From Roseibacillus sp. (lineage in GTDB: Bacteria; Verrucomicrobiota; Verrucomicrobiia; Verrucomicrobiales; Akkermansiaceae): a stretch of 64,000 nt of DNA. Positions 56,996 through 64,000 of the stretch are shown in pieces. The notes below the pieces were generated by a model. It was not told where the DNA came from. It ran no database searches and worked only from the letters and a program-made list of their open reading frames with translations. The position numbers were made by a program, and so were the translations under genes. The first letter of the stretch is position 1. Every line of letters starts with the position of its first letter. Location of the stretch: positions 224,001 through 288,000 of the forward strand of contig CBDEUM010000014.1 in NCBI GenBank assembly GCA_965242925.1, read 5' to 3'.

Positions 56996-59971
56996 CTACG
57001 GCGCTCGGCCATACTTCTCCCTGTGCAGAGCCCGAGCCCGCTTCTGCCAGCCATCACGCCGGATGCGCCCCCCCAGCTTGAGTTCCTCGCTGATCGCCCT
57101 GACCTGTGGCGCTCGCCATTTCACCACCTGCCGATAGGTATAAATGCCGATCTCGTGGAGGCGACGGCAAATGGACTCCCCGACCCCATGGAGACCGGTC
57201 AGATCATCAACTTCGGCAGGAGCCTTGCGGTAAATCGGACCAAACCGGGGATTCTCAACCAGATTCCCCCGACCCCCGGACGGCAGTTTGACCACCGGCT
57301 CAGGCGCGGCCTTCAGGCGCACCGGCTTTGTCGACCGCTTCACTGGCCGTTTGGTCGAGGAGAGTTCCGCGCGCAACTCTCTGGCTGCCGCGGCACTCCG
57401 CTTTTCTTTCTTTTTCGCCACCTCCAATTCCGCCCGCAGGGCCTCCTCTATTTCCGTGTGCGTGCGGCCGGCAACCTCCTGCGCTTCTCCCCGAGCTTCT
57501 GCGACAGCCTCTCGAATAGCTTCGTCCCGCCCGGTTCTGAGAGCTTCCATCTCCTCGGCGAGGAGGCGTTGCGTCTCATCTGAGACCGCGGAAGCCGTTT
57601 TGAGCGACTCCAGTTTATCCGCGAGGGACTTATGCTCCTCCAGCGACCTGGTGAGATTCATCTGCGCGCGCCCGAGGCGTTCCTCGGTTGAAAGCAACCG
57701 ACCCTGCAGCTTGTCGAAGGCTTCGATCTTCTGTTCGGCCTCCACCAGCTCGCTACGCAATCCGTGCATCTCCCTGCGGAGCACGAGAGCGGCATCTTCC
57801 ACCTGCTGCCTCTCATGCTGCTGGTCTTCCAGTTCGTGCAGGAGCCGGTCCTTCTCAACCTTCATCTGCCTGACAACCACCTCAGCCTTGCTATCACCCG
57901 AGAGAACGGCCATGTGTTGATGGAGTTCTTTCTTTTCTTCACGGAGACGATGTAATTCCTCGGCCCACTTCGTCTCGGACACCTTGCGCCGTTCCAGTTC
58001 CTGGTGTTCGTGGTCGTACTCCTGCCGGGCCAGGTCAACGTCCACCCTGGCTTGTTCCGTCTCAAGGCGGGCGACCGTGACCTGTTCCTCCAGACCGGCC
58101 TTGGTTCCGGACAGCTCTTCCAGTTCGCCACTGGTTTTCGTGACACACTCCTCCAGTTCGCCCACCCGGGATTCAAGACTCTCCTTCTCCTCCTTCATCT
58201 CCTTCAGCACCCGCTCCCCCTCGCTGCGTTCCTCACGCAGTGAGACAAGCCCGCTCTCGAGTTTTTCCTTCTCGTCCAGCACCTCGTGCAGCCTGGATTC
58301 CGTTTTCCCCGCATCCGTCTGAGCGGTCACAAGGGCTCGTTCCAGATCCGACCGCTCTCCGGCCACATCGGCCAGCTCCCGCTCACCCTCCTCCTTTTCC
58401 TGCCGAATGACTCCCAACTGCTTTTCAAGCTCCGCCCTCCTGCCTCGCAATTCCTCCAGCTCCGCAGACGTCTTTTCCTGTTCATCACTCCGGAGCTTGA
58501 TCTCCTGCTCCAGCCTGCCGGACAGCTCGTCTTGCTTTTCCTGCAACCCCGTCAATTCCACCAGCTTTTCATCGCGCTCGCATGCCACGCCCGTCATCTG
58601 TTCCTCGATTACCGCCCGTTCCCCTTGGACCTCTTCGAGTTCCCTGGTGAGCTGTTCCCCCTTTTCCTTCTGGCTCTCCGCCTCGTCCCTGAGACGGGCC
58701 GTCATCTCCTGGTGTTGCCCCCTGAGGTCCTTCAGCTCCTCAATACGTTGATCGCCCTCCTCCCCAGCTGCTTCAAGTTGATCCTCCAGTCCGGATCGTG
58801 CGCGGTGCAGTTGCGCCAGCTCCTTCTCCAGATTTTCCCTCTCGTCCATGCGACCCTTCTCCGCCGACGCCAGCTCCGCCATCAGGGTTTCACGTTCCTT
58901 CTGCAGGGAGGCCAGTTCCCGAACCTTCTCGTCGCGCTCCCCTTCGACAGTCTGTAACGACTCCCTGAGTTTTCCCCTTGCCTCCCGCTCGGCAGCGAGA
59001 TCCTTTTCCAATCTCTCTCCCTCCTGCCTGCGACCCTTCACTTCGAACTGCAGCTTGCTACCCAGTTCATCCCGCTCCTTTCTCAGGGCCGCCAGCTCCG
59101 CCAGCTTCTCGTCGCGCTCCTTGCTGATCTCGCTGAGTTTTCTCTCCACTTCCTTCCTGACCCTGCGGAGTTCTCCAAGCTCCTTCCCTGTTTCCCGGGC
59201 CTCGGCCTTCTTCTCAGCGAGCTCGGATTCCGCCTTCATCCGGGATGCGGCCAGTTCATCTGCTTCCGACACCTTGCTTTGCAGTCGCCGATCAAGGTCT
59301 CTCACCTTCTTTTCAAGGCCGCTCACCACGCGCCTGCCGGCCTTCTCCTGAACCGCCAGCTTCTTTTGCAGGTCACGCTCGGTGGTCGCCAGTTTCTTCT
59401 CCAGTTCCCGTTTCTCCACCTTGAGCTTCTTCTGATGCGCCTTGTTTTCCGACGATGAAGGCCCGGACAGCCTGCCCCCCTCCTTGCCAGATTTCTTCCC
59501 CTCTTCTCCTGCACGGCCACCCGCCGTCAGCTTCCTTTCCAGCTCCTCCTTCGCCACGTTGAGTTTCACGAGATCCCCGGCCAGGCTCTCCTTCTCCTTG
59601 GCCAGATCCGCGAGGCTGGCCTCGGCCTCCTCCCGCTCCTTGCGGGCAGCTTTCAGGATCTTCTCCAGTTCCTCGTTGTCCCGACGCAAGGCCGTCATTG
59701 TCCCTTCCCCCGCCGGAAGCGCCGGAACGGTTCCTCCCTCTTCTGCGGTCTCCTGGTAGAGCTTGAGCTGCTCCCGTTCCCTGCTTAGCGCTATCTCGAC
59801 CTCATGAGCCACCCGCTCAGCCTGCTCGAGGCGTTGCCGCGATTCCATCGCACCTGCCCGGTGCTTTCCCCAGGCAATCCAGCCGTAGGCGACTCCCAGC
59901 AAGGCAGCCGGCACGACCAGAAACAGGCTGTAGAGGCCATAATTGACGAGGAAGTATGTAATCGCGTCCAT
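56996..59971 (-). CDS. Membrane-anchored long coiled-coil protein with C-terminal helix-hairpin-helix (DUF4332/COG3743-like) domain
   Basis: N-terminal TM (ALLGVAYGWIAWG); ~800 aa E/K/R/L heptads; C-terminal DDLTGLHGVG...LHEIGIYTYRQVVKW...GRIRRDGW. Confidence 0.8.
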   Translation of the reverse strand: MDAITYFLVNYGLYSLFLVVPAALLGVAYGWIAWGKHRAGAMESRQRLEQAERVAHEVEIALSREREQLKLYQETAEEGGTVPALPAGEGTMTALRRDNEELEKILKAARKEREEAEASLADLAKEKESLAGDLVKLNVAKEELERKLTAGGRAGEEGKKSGKEGGRLSGPSSSENKAHQKKLKVEKRELEKKLATTERDLQKKLAVQEKAGRRVVSGLEKKVRDLDRRLQSKVSEADELAASRMKAESELAEKKAEARETGKELGELRRVRKEVERKLSEISKERDEKLAELAALRKERDELGSKLQFEVKGRRQEGERLEKDLAAEREARGKLRESLQTVEGERDEKVRELASLQKERETLMAELASAEKGRMDERENLEKELAQLHRARSGLEDQLEAAGEEGDQRIEELKDLRGQHQEMTARLRDEAESQKEKGEQLTRELEEVQGERAVIEEQMTGVACERDEKLVELTGLQEKQDELSGRLEQEIKLRSDEQEKTSAELEELRGRRAELEKQLGVIRQEKEEGERELADVAGERSDLERALVTAQTDAGKTESRLHEVLDEKEKLESGLVSLREERSEGERVLKEMKEEKESLESRVGELEECVTKTSGELEELSGTKAGLEEQVTVARLETEQARVDVDLARQEYDHEHQELERRKVSETKWAEELHRLREEKKELHQHMAVLSGDSKAEVVVRQMKVEKDRLLHELEDQQHERQQVEDAALVLRREMHGLRSELVEAEQKIEAFDKLQGRLLSTEERLGRAQMNLTRSLEEHKSLADKLESLKTASAVSDETQRLLAEEMEALRTGRDEAIREAVAEARGEAQEVAGRTHTEIEEALRAELEVAKKKEKRSAAAARELRAELSSTKRPVKRSTKPVRLKAAPEPVVKLPSGGRGNLVENPRFGPIYRKAPAEVDDLTGLHGVGESICRRLHEIGIYTYRQVVKWRAPQVRAISEELKLGGRIRRDGWQKRARALHREKYGRAP
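58400..59119 (-). repeat. Four tandem 180-nt (60-aa) coiled-coil repeats
   Basis: Units begin ERDEKL (59119), ERDEKV (58939), EGDQRI (58759), ERDEKL (58579), at exact 60-residue spacing. Confidence 0.8.
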
Positions 59972-59998
59972 CCGGATATCCTGCCCTTCGCTCTCCCT

Positions 59999-61009
59999 CT
60001 ACTTCACCACGATCTCCACCTGGTTGTCGCGGGCTCCCTCCGGGGCAACACTGAAGGGAACAATCTCAATCTGCCCGGCCGCCACGCCGTGATCCACCAG
60101 AATCTTCACCACGACCTCTGCCCGGAGGCGGGCCAACTGGCTGTTCACAGTCGCGTTCCCATCACGCGCCGGATGCCCTCCTACCGCGTAGCGGGCTCTT
60201 TCCCCCGCCGTGATAATGGCCCTGGCTGCCAGGATGACCTTATCCCGATCCACACTCAGGAGCTGTTCGCTCCCGGGACGGAAGGTCACCACGTTTGCGT
60301 TCAGCTGCCGCCGCAACTGCTCAAGGACTGCCTCGTCGGTCAGCGAGAGCGGCTGGTAACCTGGAAAGTGAAAGGCCGAGGGCCGGAGGTTGAAATCGTC
60401 GAAGACCATGTCCTTGGATACCACCTCACTCGCCTTGGAGAGCCAGTCGCTCCGGAGTCCGGCGGTGGCATCACCGTGCATGGTCAAACCTCCCATCTGC
60501 AGCTTCACACTGCGGTCACCCTGCTCCCGGAAGTAGTAGAGGAGGAACTCCCCCCAATCCCCGACTCCCCCGGGATCTTCCACTATCTCCCGCCGTTTCA
60601 GCCCCTCGTCCCATTCCTCCATCATCTCCAGAGGATCGGGAAGACGCACAGCCAGGGCCTCGGAAACAACCCCCGTCGCAGTGAAACGCTCTCCCCTCCT
60701 CTCGATGCGTAACCACCCATAGGTGTGGAGTCGCTTCCCCTTCCCGGTCATGCGCACCCCCGACAAGGCATCGACGCCGGCAATCACTCGTGCACGCTGT
60801 TCATTAGATTCAACTCTCCCGGAGATCACGGCATCAAGATAATCGAGATGAACGACCGGATCGACGACTCCCTCCGCCTTCAGAACCTCCTTCACCTGAG
60901 CCTCCAGCCCGGGCTTCAGATGGTTGAGAAAGTGCTGCCTATGGAAGTAGCCGATGCTGGGAATCAGCAGCACGATTGCCAACACCACAAACCCCTTCAC
61001 GGCGGGCAT
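59999..61009 (-). CDS. BON-like + OmpA_C-like domain membrane protein
   Basis: N-terminal TM; BON-like segment (AVISGRVES...VDALSGVR); OmpA-like VTFRPGS, VGGH, NSQLARLRAEVVVKILVDHGV, NQVEIVV. Confidence 0.78.
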   Translation of the reverse strand: MPAVKGFVVLAIVLLIPSIGYFHRQHFLNHLKPGLEAQVKEVLKAEGVVDPVVHLDYLDAVISGRVESNEQRARVIAGVDALSGVRMTGKGKRLHTYGWLRIERRGERFTATGVVSEALAVRLPDPLEMMEEWDEGLKRREIVEDPGGVGDWGEFLLYYFREQGDRSVKLQMGGLTMHGDATAGLRSDWLSKASEVVSKDMVFDDFNLRPSAFHFPGYQPLSLTDEAVLEQLRRQLNANVVTFRPGSEQLLSVDRDKVILAARAIITAGERARYAVGGHPARDGNATVNSQLARLRAEVVVKILVDHGVAAGQIEIVPFSVAPEGARDNQVEIVVK

Positions 61010-61133
61010 GGTCGACGAGGGACGGGCTGGCGACAAAAGAAAAATTCGAATCACTCGCCCCCAGCTCCATCGAAAGGGTCCTGATTCCAGGCTGCAAGCC
61101 TGCCCTGAAGTCCTCCCGGACCGGATTCCGGAG

Positions 61134-61973
61134 CTAATCCACCCCGCCTTTCGCCGAGACCCACTTCCCCTTCTTCTTCACGATCTCGAAGGCCAGGCCG
61201 GCTGTCCGGGCAGCTTCTTCGGTCTCTGTCCACTGTTCACGCAGGACCCCCGAAAGGATGAAGGCGCTTCCCGGCCCGAGCGTCCGGCGGATCTTTCCGA
61301 AGGAGGCCTGCAACACATCGGCGAAGAGATTGGCCACCACAACTTCATACTGCCGTTCGACACGCCACTCACGCAGATCCGCCTCCTCCACCCGCACCTC
61401 CTGCGCCCCGTTACGCTCCACATTGTGACGCGCGATTTCCACCGCTTTCCGATCAAAATCAAGCGCCTCGCACTCCTCCGCCCCGAGCAGATTGGCCGCA
61501 ATGGCAAGCACCCCACTTCCGCAACCGAGGTCCAGCACCCGCCAGCGTCCTCCCTTCCGCGCCCTGGCCTCATCGGCCAGAAAACGCAGACACGCGGCCG
61601 TCGTGGGATGATCTCCCGTGCCAAAGGCCATCTCGGGTGGAATACTCACCACCACCCGCCCCTCGTTGAGCAGCAACAGTTCACGCAGCTTCGAGGGCGT
61701 CACTTCCGCAGTCAGGAGGAGGCTATCACGGATCTTGATGGGCGGACCGGGAACAGCCGAAAAAGCCGCCCAGTTTCTATCCGCCACTTCCTTGACCGAA
61801 CCGCCGAACTGCGCCGCGATATCCACCGCCTCTCCTTCTTCCTCACAATAGACATCGACCCGCACCGACCTGCCGCCCTTGAGCCGGGTCAACACTGCAT
61901 TCCGATTCCCGTAAAAGCGCTCCTCCCAGGCATCCTCCCATTTCAACGCCGCCAGTTTCGACCAGACCCACAT
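61134..61973 (-). CDS. prmA: Ribosomal protein L11 methyltransferase
   Basis: MAFGTGDHPTT, VLDLGCGSGVLAIAA, VVANL, ILSGV. Confidence 0.92.
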   Translation of the reverse strand: MWVWSKLAALKWEDAWEERFYGNRNAVLTRLKGGRSVRVDVYCEEEGEAVDIAAQFGGSVKEVADRNWAAFSAVPGPPIKIRDSLLLTAEVTPSKLRELLLLNEGRVVVSIPPEMAFGTGDHPTTAACLRFLADEARARKGGRWRVLDLGCGSGVLAIAANLLGAEECEALDFDRKAVEIARHNVERNGAQEVRVEEADLREWRVERQYEVVVANLFADVLQASFGKIRRTLGPGSAFILSGVLREQWTETEEAARTAGLAFEIVKKKGKWVSAKGGVD

Positions 61974-62146
61974 GGAACCTTCATCCAATCAAATTTGGAT
62001 GGAATGGAGAGTAAAAAAGCCGTGGTCCCTGAAACGCTCCGGCCAGGAAACCGCATCATTTTGGCCCATTGCTGATCCGCTCCCGGCTTGGGATCCAAGG
62101 CCCTCCATTGTCCAGGCCCCCTGCCTGTCCAGGCGCCCGTCGGTGT

Positions 62147-62545
62147 CTAACCGGTTTTCTGCGTCAACTGGTACAAGGCGCCGACGAGCTTCTCCTGGTC
62201 CCCGTCGAAGTGGTGCCCGATGAGAGTCGCTCGATGTTCATCCCCAATGGCCCAGGCATTGAGGGTCTTGCTTGCTCCGAAGAAGGCAAGAATACGCAGG
62301 GGGTGGTCGCAGGCATACGAGTAATGCGAGCGACCCTCGCGGATCGGCATCACCTGCAGGATGCGATCGCCATCGCCCAGTCCGAGGGCGGGCGGACAAC
62401 GATTGAGATTTTGTGCCAGCGCCTCTTCGTAGCAGACCAATTCGTTTGCCCAGTCAAAGGACTGCAGCAGATCGAGACATTGCCCCACAGTGGCATCCGA
62501 AACCGATACCATGCTGCAGTCATGCCGCTGAATCCATGCCTCCAT
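62147..62545 (-). CDS. Hypothetical protein
   Basis: 132-aa ORF with protein-like composition, filling an intergenic gap. No family recognised. Confidence 0.5.
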   Translation of the reverse strand: MEAWIQRHDCSMVSVSDATVGQCLDLLQSFDWANELVCYEEALAQNLNRCPPALGLGDGDRILQVMPIREGRSHYSYACDHPLRILAFFGASKTLNAWAIGDEHRATLIGHHFDGDQEKLVGALYQLTQKTG

Positions 62546-62712
62546 TCAGGCCCTTTTCTCGTCCCTCTGCTCCAATGTCCAGCCCGGAGTTGGAGGAAGT
62601 CCATGGCTGGTAATTGTGATTCTGAAGCTTGTGAGAAGGCCGCATTAAAGGTAATTAGGGGAGCATTTTTTTGCACCTATAGGAGTAATTATTTATCAGG
62701 ACGGGTTCCCCC

Positions 62713-64000
62713 ATGAGGCGACTGCTGTTTTTTCTGAGTTCAATGACGTGTCTGGGCATCCCCGGGGTGGCTCAGGAATCTGAATACTGGGCTTTCCGTT
62801 CTCTGGCACCGGTAAAGGTTCCTCCGGTTAAGGGCACCCAGTGGGCTCGGAATACTATTGATCATTTCGTGCTGGCCAAGGTCCGGAAGAAAGGCATTGC
62901 GCCAAACGCCCCTGCTGATCGCCACACGTTAATTCGCCGGGTTTACTTTGACCTGACAGGCCTTGCCCCCACACGTACGGAGGTGGCGGATTTTGTTGCG
63001 AGCAAATCGCCTGACGCTTATGCAGAAATGATTACGCGGCTGCTTGCCAGCCCCCATTACGGGGAACGCTGGGGACGGCACTGGCTTGATGTCGCACGTT
63101 TTGGTGAAAGTCACGGTTATGAAAGTGATGATGAGCGGCCGACGGCCTGGACGTATCGTGATGCGGTTATTCGCGCGCTCAATGAGGGCATGCCGTTTGA
63201 TCAGTTCGCGCGCTGGCAGGTTGCTGGTGATGCCTTGCAGGGTGATGACCCGCTGGCCATGGCGCTTACAGGATTTCTCACGTCCGGATCGACTGTGACC
63301 AATGTCGATGGTGTCGACAAGGAGAAGGCGACCTACGACAAGATGGATGACATCGTCTCGGCCACGGGCACAGCGTTCCTCGGGTTGACCATAGGGTGCG
63401 CCAGGTGCCATGACCACAAGTACGACCCGATCTCCCAGCGTGATTATTACCGGCTTGTCGGGTTTTTCCTGCCCGGCAAGCCCGGAGATCGCAAGGTTGC
63501 CATCGGCAGTGCCGGCTCCGAGGTCAATGCCCTCACCTGGAATGGCGGCAACAAGCGCACCAACCCGCTCCTGAAGCGTGGCGATGTTGAGCAGAAAGGG
63601 GGTGATGTCGGGTTTGGCGTGTTAACGGCCCTGAATCCAGGGGACGGAGACCTTGAAGATTGGATCAGTTCGAATGAAAACAAGAGCGGGGACGGCAGGA
63701 CCGGCCTGGCCCGATGGCTGACGGATGTCAGGGACGGGGCAGGAGCCCTGCTGGCAAGGGTGATCGTTAATCGTCTCTGGCAACATCACTTCGGTGTCGG
63801 TCTTGTGAAGACCAGCAATAATTTTGGTGGTGTTGGAGATAAACCTGCTCAGCCTGAACTACTGGATTGGCTGGCTGGTGAGCTTGTCAGGGGGGGCTGG
63901 CGGCTAAAGCCGATACACCGCCTCATCATGAGCAGTTCGGTCTATATGCAAAACACCCAGTGGGATCAGAAGAGGCATGAGATTGATCCGGCTAACGACC
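62713..64000 (+). CDS. DUF1549/DUF1553 protein (partial, runs off window end)
   Basis: Manual translation from ATG 62713: MRRLLFF...YWAF...IDHFV...GERWGRHWLDVARF...GCARCHDHKYDP...VNRLWQHHFG. Absent from the ORF track because it has no stop in the window. Confidence 0.9.
   Translation, partial: MRRLLFFLSSMTCLGIPGVAQESEYWAFRSLAPVKVPPVKGTQWARNTIDHFVLAKVRKKGIAPNAPADRHTLIRRVYFDLTGLAPTRTEVADFVASKSPDAYAEMITRLLASPHYGERWGRHWLDVARFGESHGYESDDERPTAWTYRDAVIRALNEGMPFDQFARWQVAGDALQGDDPLAMALTGFLTSGSTVTNVDGVDKEKATYDKMDDIVSATGTAFLGLTIGCARCHDHKYDPISQRDYYRLVGFFLPGKPGDRKVAIGSAGSEVNALTWNGGNKRTNPLLKRGDVEQKGGDVGFGVLTALNPGDGDLEDWISSNENKSGDGRTGLARWLTDVRDGAGALLARVIVNRLWQHHFGVGLVKTSNNFGGVGDKPAQPELLDWLAGELVRGGWRLKPIHRLIMSSSVYMQNTQWDQKRHEIDPAND

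Overview
GC-rich bacterial chromosomal window. Its gene content (DUF1549/DUF1553 + DUF1501 pairs, PVC-type CxxCH proteins, sulfatases, DUF1080) points to the PVC superphylum, most likely Verrucomicrobiota (inference). About 45 CDSs: housekeeping genes (thrC-like partial, ltaE, murI, bioA, comF, accD, folC, cysQ, an aspartate aminotransferase, prmA) are mixed with secreted or periplasmic accessory proteins. No rRNA, tRNA, CRISPR array or transposase was recognised. Highlights: (1) A five-gene Ton/Tol-like motor operon at 22.4-32.8 kb: giant TPR protein, ExbB/TolQ, ExbD/TolR, and two membrane-anchored proteins that combine TolB-like PD40 propellers with QW-repeat (squalene-cyclase/prenyltransferase-like) barrels. 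One of these has a TonB/TolA-type SxxxH helix and an acidic Pro-rich spacer, so it is a candidate non-canonical energy transducer. (2) A hidden AhpD/CMD-like selenoprotein (CYYU) that the ORF track splits in two, with a SECIS-like hairpin right after the in-frame UGA. (3) A chimeric lipoprotein carrying a recently duplicated ExbD periplasmic domain. (4) A PVC heme protein fused to an N,N-dimethylformamidase-like domain. (5) A BON-OmpA gene paired with a long coiled-coil/HhH protein built from 60-aa repeats. All family calls come from motif recognition by eye; no searches were run.
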